From Patescibacteria group bacterium (GTDB lineage: Bacteria; Patescibacteriota; Microgenomatia; UBA8517): a stretch of 64,000 nt of DNA. How positions within the stretch are numbered: position 1 is the first letter of the stretch; each line of letters starts with the position of its first letter. Of this stretch, positions 36,324 to 48,090 are shown piece by piece. The notes under the pieces are model-generated. The model searched no databases, was not told where the DNA came from, and saw nothing but the letters and a program-made list of their open reading frames with translations. Location: contig JBBTWD010000016.1 of the NCBI GenBank assembly GCA_038062915.1, positions 27,522 through 91,521 of the forward strand. The letters run 5' to 3'. The position numbers and the translations under genes are program-made.

Positions 36324-39300
36324 ATGACTCAAGCTAAAAAACGTCGAAATTTCGGAAAAGAAGAAAAAGATCTACCTGAAATTAATTTGTCGTTGGTTCA
36401 AAAAGAATCTTGGGGGTGGTTTTTGACGGAAGGGATAAAAGAAGAACTTGTTAACGTTTCACCAATTGATGACTTTACTGGAAAAAACTGGCAGCTTAAA
36501 CTTGGCGACCACACTCTTCTTCCCCCGACAATTACTCCAAAAGTGGCTGAAATTAAAGGATTAACATATTCATCTTCACTTAAAATTCGTGCAACCCTAG
36601 TTAATAAAAAAACAGGTAAAGAAGTATCTCAAGATGTATTTTTAGGAGATGTACCTCAAATGACAACTCGAGGAACATTTATTGTCAACGGTATTGAACG
36701 AGCTGTTATTAACCAAATAGTGCGCTCTCCTGGAGTTTATTTTTCTGGAGAACTCGACGCATCGAGTGGCCGAATATTATATAAAGCAGAGGTCAGGCCA
36801 CTTCACGGAAGCTGGTTGGAATTTGAAGTAACCAGGAGCGATCTTATTTATGCTAGAATTGATAGACGCCGAAAGGTTTTGGCGACTGTATTTTTAAGGG
36901 CAATTGGGGTCGCGACAGACCAAGAAATAGCTTCTGTTTTTGCAGATATAGATAAAGGGGCCGATCATAAATATATAGGCACCACTCTTGCAAAAGACTT
37001 GGCTAAATCCAGAGAAGAAGCCCTGCTTGAAATTTATAGAAAACTTCGTCCAGGAGAACCTGTGATCTTGGACAATGCCAAATCTCTTTTTGAAACTCTT
37101 TTCCTTGACCATAGAAGATACGATATGGGAAAGGTGGGCAGATTCAAAGTAAATAGAAGGCTTGGACTCAATCTTCCCAATGATAAGGCGACATGGGTTT
37201 TAACCAAACAAGATGTGGTGGCCACACTTTCTTACTTAATTAATCTTCAAAATGGTATCGGTAGGATTGACGATATTGACCATTTGGCAAATAGGCGGCT
37301 CCGTCGTGTTGGGGAGCTTGTTGCTGTTAACGCTTTTCGAGTTGGACTACTTCGGCTTGAGAGGTCAATTAAAGAGAAAATGAGTTTAATTTCCCCCGAT
37401 GATAAACCGCTTCCAGCAAACTTGATTAATGCAAGACCTTTGATCGCCTCTCTTAATGAATTTTTCAGAAGTAACCAACTTTCTACAATTCTGGATGATA
37501 CGAATCCATTAAGTGAAGTTGATAATTTAAGGCGTGTATCTGTTTTGGGGCCAGGTGGAATCAATAGGGAGAGGGCAAGCTTTTCAATCCGTGACGTTAA
37601 TGCCTCACAATATGGCAGGATTGATCCCGTAAGATCTCCGGAAGGTCCTAATATTGGACTTGTTACCTATTTGGCTTTATATGCAAGAGTTAACGAGTTT
37701 GGATTTATAGAAACACCATATAGGAAAGTTGAGAAAAAGAAAATCACAAGCGAAACTGTTTATTTGGCCGCAGATGATGAAGAAAATTTTTACATTACCC
37801 ATTCAGGCGTAAATATAGACAAAAACGGAAATATTACTGACAAGCGTGTGCCATTGAGGTTTGCTGGTAAGTTTATTGAAGGATCAAGTGACTTGGTCAA
37901 CTATATTGATGTAACACCAAGACAGGTTATAGGTGCTTCGGCTTCTTTAATTCCGTTCTTGGCCAACGATGAAGGAAACAGAGCGCTTATGGGAAGCAAT
38001 ATGCAGTGTCAATCTGTCCCCCTTGTTAATCCGGAATCACCGATTATAGGAACCGGAATGGAAGGGATTATTGCTCAAGGCATGGGAAGAGTAATTAGGG
38101 CTAGGCACGCAGGGGTAGTTGAGTACGCTGATAATGAAAAAGTAGTCGTAAAACTAGATGCAAAAATATCAATAGATTCAAAGACCAATGAAGAAGAAAT
38201 AATTGAAGGTGGCAGAAAAGAAGTTTACGGTTTAACTAAATTTAGACGTACCGCCCATTCGACATGCTATAACCAGATTTTAAGAGTTTCGCCTGGCGAT
38301 AGGGTTCAGGCAGGGGATCTTCTTATTGATGGCCCAGCCTCTCAAAATGGAGAGCTTGGACTGGGTCGTAATTTAGTAATTGCCTATACAAATTTTGGGG
38401 GTTATGGATTCGAGGATGCAATTTTAGTTTCAGATAGACTAGTTAGAGAAGACCTTTTGACATCCGTCCATATTGAAGAATACGACGCTGAAGTAGTTGA
38501 CACCAAACTGGGTCCCGAAGAGCTTACTCGGGATATTCCCAATGTTGCAGAAATGGAACTTGCAAGTCTTGCAGAGGATGGAATTGTGGTAATCGGTGCT
38601 GAAGTTTCTCCAAACGATATATTGGTGGGTAAAATAGCCCCTAAGGGAGAGACTGAACTAACAAGTGAGGAAAGATTATTAAGAGCCATCTTTGGAGAAA
38701 AAGCCAGAGAAGTAAGAGATACGTCATTACGTGTTCCACATGGAGAAAAAGGAATTGTGGTTGATGTACAAGTTTTAGATCGTGAGAAAGGTGATGAACT
38801 AGGGCCCGGCGTAATTAAAAAAGTAGTTGTCAAGGTTGCTCAAATTAGAAAAATAACTGTTGGAGATAAGGTTGCTGGTCGACATGGGAATAAGGGAGTT
38901 ATTGCCAAGATCATGCCCGTAGGTGATATGCCATATTTAGATGACGGAACACCGGTTGACATTATCATTTCTCCACTTTCTGTTTTATCCCGTATGAACT
39001 TAGGTCAACTGATGGAAGCCCACCTTGGCTGGGCACTTAGTAAAAAAGGTGAAAAGGTCGCACTACCTGTTTTTGATAAAATTGATGAAAATATTATAGC
39101 TCGCGAACTGGAAGAAGCAGGACTTCCGGTTAATGGAAAAACCAGACTTCATGATGGAAGAACCGGCGAGGTTTTTAAAGAAGATACTGTAGTGGGGATT
39201 AGTTACATTATGAAACTTACCCACATGGTTGAGGATAAAACTCATGCCAGGTCCACCGGCCCATACTCACTTGTTACCCAGCAACCACTGGGCGGAAAAG

Positions 39301-39638
39301 CCCAAATGGGTGGCCAGAGACTTGGGGAAATGGAAGTCTGGGCGCTTGAGGCACATAGAGCCAGCCATACCTTGCAAGAAATGCTTACTATTAAAAGTGA
39401 TGATGTAACAGGAAGAGCTAAAGCTTTTGAGGCAATTGTCAAAGGAATAGATATCCCAGAGGCAACTATTCCTGAATCGTTTAAAGTACTTGTTCGCGAA
39501 CTAAATTCACTATGTCTTTTTATAGAACCCAAAGGGGTAAGATTTGTTAAAGAAGATGAGGTTATCGGCCTTGCTGGGCAGGAGTTGGCTAAAGAGGCTG
39601 GAGCCGAAATCGTAGCAACGGAGGAAGTGGTATTATGA
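36324..39638 (+). CDS. rpoB: DNA-directed RNA polymerase subunit beta
   Basis: 1104 aa with canonical beta-subunit blocks. Confidence 0.97.
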   Translation: MTQAKKRRNFGKEEKDLPEINLSLVQKESWGWFLTEGIKEELVNVSPIDDFTGKNWQLKLGDHTLLPPTITPKVAEIKGLTYSSSLKIRATLVNKKTGKEVSQDVFLGDVPQMTTRGTFIVNGIERAVINQIVRSPGVYFSGELDASSGRILYKAEVRPLHGSWLEFEVTRSDLIYARIDRRRKVLATVFLRAIGVATDQEIASVFADIDKGADHKYIGTTLAKDLAKSREEALLEIYRKLRPGEPVILDNAKSLFETLFLDHRRYDMGKVGRFKVNRRLGLNLPNDKATWVLTKQDVVATLSYLINLQNGIGRIDDIDHLANRRLRRVGELVAVNAFRVGLLRLERSIKEKMSLISPDDKPLPANLINARPLIASLNEFFRSNQLSTILDDTNPLSEVDNLRRVSVLGPGGINRERASFSIRDVNASQYGRIDPVRSPEGPNIGLVTYLALYARVNEFGFIETPYRKVEKKKITSETVYLAADDEENFYITHSGVNIDKNGNITDKRVPLRFAGKFIEGSSDLVNYIDVTPRQVIGASASLIPFLANDEGNRALMGSNMQCQSVPLVNPESPIIGTGMEGIIAQGMGRVIRARHAGVVEYADNEKVVVKLDAKISIDSKTNEEEIIEGGRKEVYGLTKFRRTAHSTCYNQILRVSPGDRVQAGDLLIDGPASQNGELGLGRNLVIAYTNFGGYGFEDAILVSDRLVREDLLTSVHIEEYDAEVVDTKLGPEELTRDIPNVAEMELASLAEDGIVVIGAEVSPNDILVGKIAPKGETELTSEERLLRAIFGEKAREVRDTSLRVPHGEKGIVVDVQVLDREKGDELGPGVIKKVVVKVAQIRKITVGDKVAGRHGNKGVIAKIMPVGDMPYLDDGTPVDIIISPLSVLSRMNLGQLMEAHLGWALSKKGEKVALPVFDKIDENIIARELEEAGLPVNGKTRLHDGRTGEVFKEDTVVGISYIMKLTHMVEDKTHARSTGPYSLVTQQPLGGKAQMGGQRLGEMEVWALEAHRASHTLQEMLTIKSDDVTGRAKAFEAIVKGIDIPEATIPESFKVLVRELNSLCLFIEPKGVRFVKEDEVIGLAGQELAKEAGAEIVATEEVVL

Positions 39639-42600
39639 ACGAGCAACAAAACGACCTGAAAAACCTAGGTGATTTTTCCAGTCTTGTTGTGAGGTTGGCA
39701 TCGTCAGATGAAATAAGACGATGGAGTAGGGGTGAGGTTACAAAACCTGAAACGATTAATTACAGAACCCTCAAACCCGAAAAAGACGGTCTTTTTGACG
39801 AAAGAATTTTTGGGCCAACCAAAGACTGGGAGTGTTATTGTGGTAAATATAAAAGGATTAGATATAAAGGAGTAATTTGTGATAAATGTGGAGTTGAAGT
39901 AACACAAAGTAGAGTAAGACGAGAGAGAATGGGACATATAACACTAGCCACTCCTACCGCCCATGTTTGGTTTTTTAAAGGGGCACCTTCTAAAATATCA
40001 CTTCTTCTTGGGGTTCCCCCTCGTGGAATGGAGCAGGTAATTTATTTTGCCAGATACCTTGTTATTAATGTTGACGAAGAAAAGAAAAAAATAGCAGTCA
40101 AAAATATTACTAGTGCCATGGACGAGAGACTCAAAGAGACAATGGAATCGTATAGAGAGAAACGCGAAGCCCTTTCGGCTGAAGGTGTAATTGCAAAAGA
40201 AAAGATAAAAGAAAAAATAAAAGATAAGGAACAGGCTTCTTTGGCGATATCAGAAATAGAGTTAGACCTAAGAAAGAAAGATGTGGCAATAACAGAAGAA
40301 GAAAAATCAACTATAGTAAAAACAGAGCAACTTTTTGAAAATTTGATTTCAGTTGTCAAAGTTCTTAAACCACTAAGTATTTTAAGCGAGGAAGAGTATG
40401 ACGAGCTTGGTGTGCATGGAGCTTCAGACTTTTTTACAGCTGGAATGGGTGCTGATGCATTGCTTTCAGCAGTCGAAAAAATAGATCTTGAAACTATCTC
40501 AAAGACCTTGCGAGAAGAAATAGGAAGTGCTAAGGGGGGAAGTTCAAGATATATTAAATTAGTTAAAAGATTAAAATTAATTGATGGACTAAGAAGGGCT
40601 AAGGTTGACCCTTCTTGGATGATTCTTAAGGTTTTGCCGGTTTTACCCCCAGACCTAAGACCTATGGTTCAGCTTTCGGGGGGCAGGTTTGCAACAAGTG
40701 ACTTAAATGATCTTTATAGGCGAGTAATAAATAGGAACAATCGTCTTAAACATTTGATTGGACTAGGTGCCCCAGAGATAATTTTAAGAAACGAGAAAAG
40801 AATGTTGCAAGAATCGGTTGATTCACTAATTGATGCCTCTCAAAGGAAAGCAACAAGAAAATCCCGAGGTCGCCAACCATTAAGGTCTTTATCTGACATG
40901 CTTCGAGGTAAACAAGGTAGGTTCAGACAGAATTTATTAGGTAAAAGAGTCGACTATTCGGGACGAAGCGTAATTATTATTGGCCCAGAACTTAAGCTTA
41001 ATCAATGTGGACTTCCCAAAGATATGGCTCTTGAGATGTTTAAACCATTTGTTTTGAGGGAAATGATATCAAGAGGTATCGCCCCCAACGTTAAAAGTGC
41101 AAAGAACATGTTAGAGCGCCGTCCTCCGGAAGTGTTTGATATTTTGGAAGAAATTACAAAAGATCATCCAGTTCTACTTAACAGAGCGCCTACATTACAC
41201 AAGCTTTCAATTCAAGCTTTTTACCCCGTTTTAATTGAAGGAAGTGCCATCAGAGTTCATCCTGCGGTCTGTGCGGCCTTTAATGCTGATTTTGACGGGG
41301 ATCAAATGGCGGTTCACGTCCCCTTGTCCTCAAAAGCAATCGAGGAAGCTAAAACCCTAATGCTTCCTGAAAATAATCTCCTTCGACCTTCTGATGGTAG
41401 CCCTGTTGCCACTCCATCTACAAAAGAAATAGCTTTGGGGGTTTATTATTTAACATCAGAAGATTCAAGAATTTCGCTATATCAGAGTATTTTAGGAGAT
41501 AGAGATGAAGCAATAACTGCATACCAAGCTGGGAAAATCGAAGTTCGACAAAAAATTAAAGTAAGGCTTGATAAGACAATTATAGAAACAACCCCTGGCA
41601 GAATTCTTTTTAACGAAGTTCTTCCTGAAAATTTTGATTTTGTTAATGAGGCGATAACATCTTCAGTCATAAAGACGCTTTTTAGCACAGCATATTTAAC
41701 CTGTTCACGCTCTCGTGTTACACAAATGGTAGACGATATTAAAGATCTAGGATTTTTTGGAGGAACAATTTCAGGCCTATCTTTCGGAATATTTGACGCT
41801 AAACTTTATCCAGGAAAAGGTAAGGCGCTTTTAGAAGCAGATGCAAGAGTTACAGAGATTGATGAGAATTTTGCACAAGGTTTAATTACAGCCGAGGAGA
41901 AAAAACGTTTAAATCAAGAAGTTTGGATCGAAACGGCTGAAGATCTTTCTGACAAGACCTGGGATGGGCTTGAGGCAACCAATCCAATAAGAATAATTAT
42001 CGACGCTAAAGTGGGGCGTGCTTCAAAAGACCAAGTTAAACAGCTAGCAGCAATTCGTGGACTTGTGGTTGATCCTTTAGGAAAAATCGTTGAGCTTCCA
42101 ATTAAATCTAATTTCAGAGAGGGTTTGTCAATTTTTGAATATGTCACTTCATCTAGAGGTTCTAGGAAAGGTTTAACCGATACTGCGATTAAAACTGCGG
42201 ATGCAGGATATCTAACTAGGAGACTTGTTGATGTTGCCCATGATGTTTTGATCCGGCATGAGGATTGTGGAACCAAAGATGGGTTTGAAATTAGGAAAGA
42301 TGTTAGGTCGGGATCTTTTGTTAATAGAATTACAGGCAGATTTGTAGCAAAAGATATTCTAACCAAAATGAGCAAGAAACCACTTGTTGTTGCGGGGGAT
42401 CTTATAGAGGAGGAAATGGCCAAAAAGATTGATGAAGTTGGAATAACTGAAGTGGTAATTAGGTCTCCCCTAACATGTGAGTCAAGATATGGGATGTGTG
42501 TTAAATGTTATGGTTGGGATCTGGGAACCAAGAGCTTGGTGGAAGTTGGAATGCCGGTCGGAGTCGTTGCTGCCCAATCAATTGGAGAACCTGGCACCCA

Positions 42601-43363
42601 GCTTACTTTAAAAACTAAACATGCGGCTGGGATTATTGGAGTTGACGTTACTCAAGGATTGCCTCGTGTTGAAGAATTGGTTGAAAGCAGAACCCCAAAA
42701 GTTGTTTCTGCATTATCTGAAATTACAGGTAAGGCAAGAATAGGTGAAACAGATGCTGGCTGGAAGGTTGTTATTTCTTCGGGAAGGGGAGCTCCTAAAG
42801 AAGAAAGAGAATATATAATTCCAAAAACATTACAACTAGCCATAAAAGACGGTGAAGTGGTTGAGGCCGGACAGCCATTATCTCATGGGCCACTTGATGT
42901 TAAAGATGTCCTTTCGATTAGAGGTGTCCGTGCGGCTCAAGAATATGTTGTTCATGAAATTCAAAAAGTCTATGAGTCACAGGGAATTCCAATAAATGAT
43001 AAACATTTTGAAGTGATTGTCAGAAAGATGACTGATGAGGTTAGAATTGTAACTCCTGGGGATACACAGTTCTTACCAGGTGAGCTTGCAAGCAGAACAA
43101 TGTTTCAAGAGGAAAATGATAAAACCTTGGCTGCTGGTGGAGAACCGGGGAGTGCACAGCAGGTGGTCTTGGGGATTACCAGGCGCGCCCTTTATACAGA
43201 TAGCTGGCTTTCAGCGGCATCATTTGAACAAACAACAGACGTTTTAACAGAAGCTTCACTATTTAGCCGTGAAGACAGGTTACTTGGTTTGAAAGAAAAT
43301 GTTATTATAGGCAGGCTGATTCCTGTGAGTGCAGAAAGGGCCCATTTAGATGCCAACAATTAA
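39635..43363 (+). CDS. rpoC: DNA-directed RNA polymerase subunit beta'
   Basis: 1242 aa. NADFDGD catalytic motif. ATGA overlap with rpoB. Confidence 0.97.
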   Translation: MNEQQNDLKNLGDFSSLVVRLASSDEIRRWSRGEVTKPETINYRTLKPEKDGLFDERIFGPTKDWECYCGKYKRIRYKGVICDKCGVEVTQSRVRRERMGHITLATPTAHVWFFKGAPSKISLLLGVPPRGMEQVIYFARYLVINVDEEKKKIAVKNITSAMDERLKETMESYREKREALSAEGVIAKEKIKEKIKDKEQASLAISEIELDLRKKDVAITEEEKSTIVKTEQLFENLISVVKVLKPLSILSEEEYDELGVHGASDFFTAGMGADALLSAVEKIDLETISKTLREEIGSAKGGSSRYIKLVKRLKLIDGLRRAKVDPSWMILKVLPVLPPDLRPMVQLSGGRFATSDLNDLYRRVINRNNRLKHLIGLGAPEIILRNEKRMLQESVDSLIDASQRKATRKSRGRQPLRSLSDMLRGKQGRFRQNLLGKRVDYSGRSVIIIGPELKLNQCGLPKDMALEMFKPFVLREMISRGIAPNVKSAKNMLERRPPEVFDILEEITKDHPVLLNRAPTLHKLSIQAFYPVLIEGSAIRVHPAVCAAFNADFDGDQMAVHVPLSSKAIEEAKTLMLPENNLLRPSDGSPVATPSTKEIALGVYYLTSEDSRISLYQSILGDRDEAITAYQAGKIEVRQKIKVRLDKTIIETTPGRILFNEVLPENFDFVNEAITSSVIKTLFSTAYLTCSRSRVTQMVDDIKDLGFFGGTISGLSFGIFDAKLYPGKGKALLEADARVTEIDENFAQGLITAEEKKRLNQEVWIETAEDLSDKTWDGLEATNPIRIIIDAKVGRASKDQVKQLAAIRGLVVDPLGKIVELPIKSNFREGLSIFEYVTSSRGSRKGLTDTAIKTADAGYLTRRLVDVAHDVLIRHEDCGTKDGFEIRKDVRSGSFVNRITGRFVAKDILTKMSKKPLVVAGDLIEEEMAKKIDEVGITEVVIRSPLTCESRYGMCVKCYGWDLGTKSLVEVGMPVGVVAAQSIGEPGTQLTLKTKHAAGIIGVDVTQGLPRVEELVESRTPKVVSALSEITGKARIGETDAGWKVVISSGRGAPKEEREYIIPKTLQLAIKDGEVVEAGQPLSHGPLDVKDVLSIRGVRAAQEYVVHEIQKVYESQGIPINDKHFEVIVRKMTDEVRIVTPGDTQFLPGELASRTMFQEENDKTLAAGGEPGSAQQVVLGITRRALYTDSWLSAASFEQTTDVLTEASLFSREDRLLGLKENVIIGRLIPVSAERAHLDANN

Positions 43364-43775
43364 TCAACTAGTCAGAGGTGGTAGGAAAGTTATCCAAAAA
43401 AAGACAAAAACCACGTCTCTTAAACGTTGGTTTAATGCTAAAGATAGAGTTTACAGTGAAACCGCTTCCCCTTTTAAACGTGGAGTAGTTTTGGCAGTTA
43501 GAACCATGACGCCAAGGAAGCCAAATTCAGCCCTAAGAAAGGTCGCAAGAGTGAGACTTTCTAATAAACAAGAGGTCACAGCTTATATTCCGGGTGAGGG
43601 GCATGAACTTGCAGAGCACTCAATCATTTTGGTGCGGGGTGGTCGCGTTAAAGACCTTCCGGGTGTAAGATACAAAATTGTTCGTGGGAAATTTGATACG
43701 ACAGGTGTGGTTGGCAGGTTAAAAGGAAGGAGTAAATATGGCGCGAAAAGGAGCAGTAAAACCAAGGCAAGTTAA
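43350..43775 (+). CDS. rpsL: 30S ribosomal protein S12
   Basis: [13 protein letters not shown]... Confidence 0.95.
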   Translation: MPTINQLVRGGRKVIQKKTKTTSLKRWFNAKDRVYSETASPFKRGVVLAVRTMTPRKPNSALRKVARVRLSNKQEVTAYIPGEGHELAEHSIILVRGGRVKDLPGVRYKIVRGKFDTTGVVGRLKGRSKYGAKRSSKTKAS

Positions 43776-44217
43776 TTTAGACCCTATTTATGACAGCATA
43801 CTTGTAACAAAGCTGGTAAATAGGAGCATGCGTGATGGAAAAAAGAGTGTCGCCCAGAAAGAAATTTATAAGGCTTTTGATTTGATCAAAGAAAAACTAA
43901 AAGATGATCCGATAAAAATCTTCACACTTGCCATTGAAAATATTAAACCTTCGATGGAAGTTAAAGCAAGAAGAGTTGGGGGAGCCGCTTATCAGGTTCC
44001 TCAAGCGGTTAGAGGGCCAAGAAAAGAGTCATTGGCCATTAGGTGGCTCATTGAGATTGCTAATAAAAGATCTAATTCGGAGTTCCACACATATGCTGGA
44101 AAACTAGCGGCAGAAATAATTGAGGCTTCAAAAAGCGAAGGTGGAGCGGTCAAGAAAAGAACCGACATGGAGCGAGTAGCCGAGGCAAACAAGGCATTTT
44201 CCCACTTTAGGTGGTAA
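43738..44217 (+). CDS. rpsG: 30S ribosomal protein S7
   Basis: 159 aa. Canonical S7. Confidence 0.95.
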   Translation: MARKGAVKPRQVNLDPIYDSILVTKLVNRSMRDGKKSVAQKEIYKAFDLIKEKLKDDPIKIFTLAIENIKPSMEVKARRVGGAAYQVPQAVRGPRKESLAIRWLIEIANKRSNSEFHTYAGKLAAEIIEASKSEGGAVKKRTDMERVAEANKAFSHFRW

Positions 44218-44226
44218 CAAATCGAT

Positions 44227-44466
44227 ATGACGATATCTTTCACAACAAGTAGTAGTAATGTTAGTAAAGAAAGAATGTATGCACCGTTAGGAGCCCAGAC
44301 CATGAGAGAATTACCTGATTTTGATGCTATAAAAGAAGAAGATCTTCAAGTTGGTACTTCAGTTGGAGCGAGTCCGATTGTTCCACGCACTTGGGTCGAT
44401 CCCGATAAACATATATATTTGCACGGTGAAGAAGGTGTATTGGCTGCCCTAAAAAACAAAAGATAG
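44227..44466 (+). CDS. hypothetical small protein
   Basis: 79 aa, no recognisable family. Convergent with the PIN gene. Confidence 0.25.
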   Translation: MTISFTTSSSNVSKERMYAPLGAQTMRELPDFDAIKEEDLQVGTSVGASPIVPRTWVDPDKHIYLHGEEGVLAALKNKR

Positions 44467-44468
44467 TA

Positions 44469-44912
44469 CTACTGCTCCAGGTTTAAAATAGTTATTTCTT
44501 GTACAAACTCTTTTGGTGAAACTATTTTTATACCTCTAAAGTTTTTAATTAGTAAAACATGTTTTTTATCACCACTAACAATGTAATCGGCTTTGGCCTC
44601 AAAAGCACAAGAAAAGAGTTTGTCATCATCTGAATCGAGCGAAGTTTTGACATTAATTTCTTCAGGAACAATTATTGAAGTTTTCAAAAGTTCAGCAGAA
44701 ACATTTTGAATTTCGGTTTGACTTAGCTTTATAAATTTTTGAACCTTTGGATAATTAAAAGCTCTTTCTAAATCTCTTAAAATAGAAAATGAAGTCGCAA
44801 ATAAAATCTTATCTTGCCTCCAAAGTTTTAGAATCAGAGAGGGTGGGGTATTTGAGAAAGCAAGACCGCTTAAGATTACATTAACATCAGGAACAACTAT
44901 GACTGGAATCAT
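44469..44912 (-). CDS. PIN-domain toxin (VapC-like/TA-system PIN family)
   Basis: VVPDVNVILSGL N-terminus and DSDDDKLFSCAFEAKADYIVSGDKKHVL acidic-pocket motifs. Confidence 0.65.
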   Translation of the reverse strand: MIPVIVVPDVNVILSGLAFSNTPPSLILKLWRQDKILFATSFSILRDLERAFNYPKVQKFIKLSQTEIQNVSAELLKTSIIVPEEINVKTSLDSDDDKLFSCAFEAKADYIVSGDKKHVLLIKNFRGIKIVSPKEFVQEITILNLEQ

Positions 44913-45157
44913 ATCTGATTTGTTGCTTCGTCAATCGCAGCTTGAACTTCTGACTGTTTGTATTTTGAAGTATTTTTGCGAATCTTTTCAATTGTTTTAA
45001 AAAGTCTATCTTTTGATTCCTGTCTGTATTTTCGAAATTGTTCAAATTGAATCATAGAAACTAGCACCGCCTTTGGCTTTCCTGCACGTTCGATTATAAA
45101 AGCCATTTGTTTCAAATCAACTTGGTCAAGATAGGTTCCAGGCTGTTTTCTAAAATT
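44909..45157 (-). CDS. Phd/YefM-type antitoxin
   Basis: MNFRKQPGTYLDQVDLKQMAFIIERAGKPKAVLVSMIQFEQF. Stop overlaps the PIN start (ATGA-type coupling). The start may instead be at 45202. Confidence 0.5.
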   Translation of the reverse strand, partial: NFRKQPGTYLDQVDLKQMAFIIERAGKPKAVLVSMIQFEQFRKYRQESKDRLFKTIEKIRKNTSKYKQSEVQAAIDEATNQI

Positions 45158-45591
45158 CATGGCACTAATTGAAGCTGTACCTGAAAGCGAATTGTTTATC
45201 ATAATTATATCAATTATAGTAATTACAACAGTCTTGTCAAGTATCACTTTACATCTTGACTTCCGCAGAGAGAGAGTAATATTTGGGTTGAAATGAACTG
45301 GAAAGAATTTCTCACAACTCCATTTACTGTGGAAAAAGAAGCTACTGGAGTTTATCTTGGTCACGCTATCGACGCTCAAAAGGACTTAGAAGTAATTGAA
45401 GCGGTTCAGTTAGGCGGACATGTACCACCTGGCTTAGATGCTATTAAAAGAAGAGCTGCCATAAACGCAAGAAGAGCCAATGATCAATTAAAACATGAAT
45501 CTCCGATGCCAGGGGTAAAAGACTAGGTTATCTCATTGATCCCCAAACCTATCTCTGTTAAAATCACTCTTGCTCCGGAAGGAGTTTTTGT

Positions 45592-47760
45592 ATGGCGGAA
45601 GTAGCAAAGAAAAAGGCGAGCATTATCATGACGGCCACAAAGGACCGTAATGTTCCTTTGGAAAAGATCCGAAATATTGGGATTATCGCCCACATTGATG
45701 CGGGTAAAACAACAACTACTGAAAGATTATTGTTCGAGACAGGCCGAACGTACAAGCAAGGCTCCGTCGATGATGGAACAACGGTAACTGACTGGATGGC
45801 CCAAGAGAGAGAACGAGGAATTACTATAGTTTCTGCGGCAATTACAGCCTTTTGGGATATTAAAAACACAACTTCAGTTGAATCTGGGCATTATAGAATT
45901 AACTTAATTGACACCCCGGGCCATATTGATTTTACGGCAGAAGTTGAGCGCTCATTACGTGTTTTGGATGGAGCTGTTATGGTTTTTGATGGTAGAACTG
46001 GAGTTGAAAGTCAAAGTGAAACTGTTTGGAGGCAGGCTGATAAATATAATGTTCCCAGAATCTGCGTACTTAATAAATTAAATTTAATTGGAGCTGATTT
46101 TGAAGGATCAATTAAATCAATTCACGAGAGACTTGGTGCCAATGCAGCGCCCGTTATTATTCCAATAGGTCAGGAACATGACCATCGAGGAGTTGTTGAT
46201 TTAGTTAAAATGAGGGCATTTACTTTTAAGGCCATTGAGGATGCAAATTTAACTGAAGGCGAAATCCCTACCGAATTTGTCGAAATGGCCAAGAAATATA
46301 GAGTTCATCTACTTGAAAAAGCCTGTGAGTTTGACGATGAAGCACTGTCAAAGTTTTTAGAAGGTCAGGAAATTGATGAGCTAATTCTTAAAAGGGCGAT
46401 TAGAAAGGGAGTAATTTCTGGTAAATTCTTCCCTATTTTTGGAGGGGACAATAGGACCGCAGAAGCACAACTTTTATTAAATGGAGTTGTTGAATATTTG
46501 CCTTCACCAACAGACCTTCCACCAGTATCTGGAATTGATACTAAAACTGGTGAAAAAACCCAAAGGGAAAGAAAAAGTGACGCACAGCTTAGTGCCTTGG
46601 CTTTTAAAGTAATGACAGATCCACATGTCGGTAGACTTGTTTATATGAGAGTTTATTCAGGTACTCTTAAGGCTGGTCAGGCAGTTTATAATTCAACCAA
46701 ACAAGTTGCCGAAAGAATAGGAAAACTGGTTTTACTTCATGCAGATCAAAGGGAATTAATAGAAGAAGCTTATGCTGGAGAAATTGTGGCTGTTGTTGGA
46801 GTAAAAGATACAACTACTGGAGACACAATTTCTGATTCGGGGAACCCAATTGTTCTTGAGTCAATAAGTTTTCCAGAACCTGTTATCTCGCTTGCAATCG
46901 AACCCGCCACAAAAAGCGATCAAGAAAAAATGGGACTTGCCTTAGGAAAACTTTCTGATGAGGATCCTACATTTAGAATTAAAAGTAATCCCGAAACAGG
47001 GCAAACTATTATCTCCGGAATGGGAGAACTCCAGCTTGAAGTATTGGTTGATCGTATGAAGAGAGAGTTTAATGTGGAGGCTACAACTGGGGCTCCACAA
47101 GTAGCCTATAAAGAGACGATCAAGAAAATTGGTGAAGGAGAAGGAAAATATATAAGACAAACCGGAGGACGTGGACAGTATGGACATGCTTTACTTCGTC
47201 TTGAGCCATTGGGTCGTGGAGAAGGATTTGAATTTAAGAGCGAGATTAAGGGCGGATCTATTCCCCAGGAATACATTTCTCCAATCGAAAAGGGAGTCAA
47301 AGAAAAGATGGAAAATGGGGTTATGGCGGGATTCCCTATGGTTGACATGAGAGTAATAGTTTTCGATGGTAGTTTCCATGACGTAGATTCAAGTGAAATT
47401 GCATTCAAAATTGCAGGTTCGATGGCACTTGAGGACGCTTTCAAAAAATCCGATCCAATACTTCTTGAGCCAGTAATGAAAGTTGAAGTTTCAACTCCAG
47501 ATGAATTTATGGGAGATGTAATCGGGGATCTTTCAAGTAAAAGGGCACAAGTGTCGGGAACTGACAAAAGAGGAACAATGACAGTTGTTAATGCTTTAGC
47601 ACCTTTGGCTGAACTTTCAGGATATGCCACAAAACTTAGATCTCTATCCCAAGGACGAGCAAGCTACTACATGGAGCCAAGCCACTACGAAGAAGTACCT
47701 AGAAACATTGCTGATGCTATTGTTGCCAAGGCCGGTAAGATCACAATGGCAAGAGGGTAG
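45592..47760 (+). CDS. fusA: elongation factor G
   Basis: AHIDAGKTT, DTPGH and NKLN motifs. 722 aa. Confidence 0.97.
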   Translation: MAEVAKKKASIIMTATKDRNVPLEKIRNIGIIAHIDAGKTTTTERLLFETGRTYKQGSVDDGTTVTDWMAQERERGITIVSAAITAFWDIKNTTSVESGHYRINLIDTPGHIDFTAEVERSLRVLDGAVMVFDGRTGVESQSETVWRQADKYNVPRICVLNKLNLIGADFEGSIKSIHERLGANAAPVIIPIGQEHDHRGVVDLVKMRAFTFKAIEDANLTEGEIPTEFVEMAKKYRVHLLEKACEFDDEALSKFLEGQEIDELILKRAIRKGVISGKFFPIFGGDNRTAEAQLLLNGVVEYLPSPTDLPPVSGIDTKTGEKTQRERKSDAQLSALAFKVMTDPHVGRLVYMRVYSGTLKAGQAVYNSTKQVAERIGKLVLLHADQRELIEEAYAGEIVAVVGVKDTTTGDTISDSGNPIVLESISFPEPVISLAIEPATKSDQEKMGLALGKLSDEDPTFRIKSNPETGQTIISGMGELQLEVLVDRMKREFNVEATTGAPQVAYKETIKKIGEGEGKYIRQTGGRGQYGHALLRLEPLGRGEGFEFKSEIKGGSIPQEYISPIEKGVKEKMENGVMAGFPMVDMRVIVFDGSFHDVDSSEIAFKIAGSMALEDAFKKSDPILLEPVMKVEVSTPDEFMGDVIGDLSSKRAQVSGTDKRGTMTVVNALAPLAELSGYATKLRSLSQGRASYYMEPSHYEEVPRNIADAIVAKAGKITMARG

Positions 47761-47770
47761 GATCTTCTAA

Positions 47771-47799
47771 TTGACATAAAAATTGAAAGATAGTATATT
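47771..47799 (+). promoter_or_regulatory. near-consensus sigma70 promoter TTGACA-17-TATATT
   Basis: Lies 11 bp after the fusA stop and drives a 69-aa ORF. Confidence 0.5.
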
Positions 47800-47805
47800 T
47801 ACGAT

Positions 47806-48016
47806 CATGAATCAGGACGATTTAGCCAAAGTTACAGCGGAGGAATTAACCAAACTATTCGAAAATGGTAGGGCGAAATTAACTCGATCTGTTGGCAATT
47901 ATCACGTATTGAGTATAGACAATGAAACAGTTGGAGGCATGTTTCAAAATTCATATGAAGGACCGTATGTCATTAAAGTTGGAGAGCGGATTGTCGGTTT
48001 TACGACTGACCGATAA
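47806..48016 (+). CDS. hypothetical small protein between fusA and tuf
   Basis: MNQDDLAKVTAEELTKLFENGRAKL... The ORF-track start at 47783 lies inside the promoter, so the ATG at 47806 is preferred. Confidence 0.35.
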
Positions 48017-48024
48017 TTTCCCTG

Positions 48025-48054
48025 TTGACAGGCGTGATTAGCCTCGAATATAAT
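48025..48054 (+). promoter_or_regulatory. consensus sigma70 promoter TTGACA-18-TATAAT upstream of tuf
   Basis: Perfect hexamers at 48025-48030 and 48049-48054. Confidence 0.55.
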
Positions 48055-48063
48055 TCAAGTTAT

Positions 48064-48090
48064 CAAGAGCAAGTTTGCTCTTGTTTATTT
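48064..48090 (+). terminator. perfect 9-bp stem hairpin + T-rich tract (terminator of small ORF and/or 5' stem-loop of tuf mRNA)
   Basis: caagagcaa-gt-ttgctcttg followed by tttattt. Confidence 0.4.

Noticed and set aside
45293-45526. 77-aa plus-strand ORF between the TA pair and fusA
   Set aside because: It overlaps the Phd-like antitoxin gene antisense and has no recognisable features. The fusA leader/RBS (ggaaggag) occupies the rest
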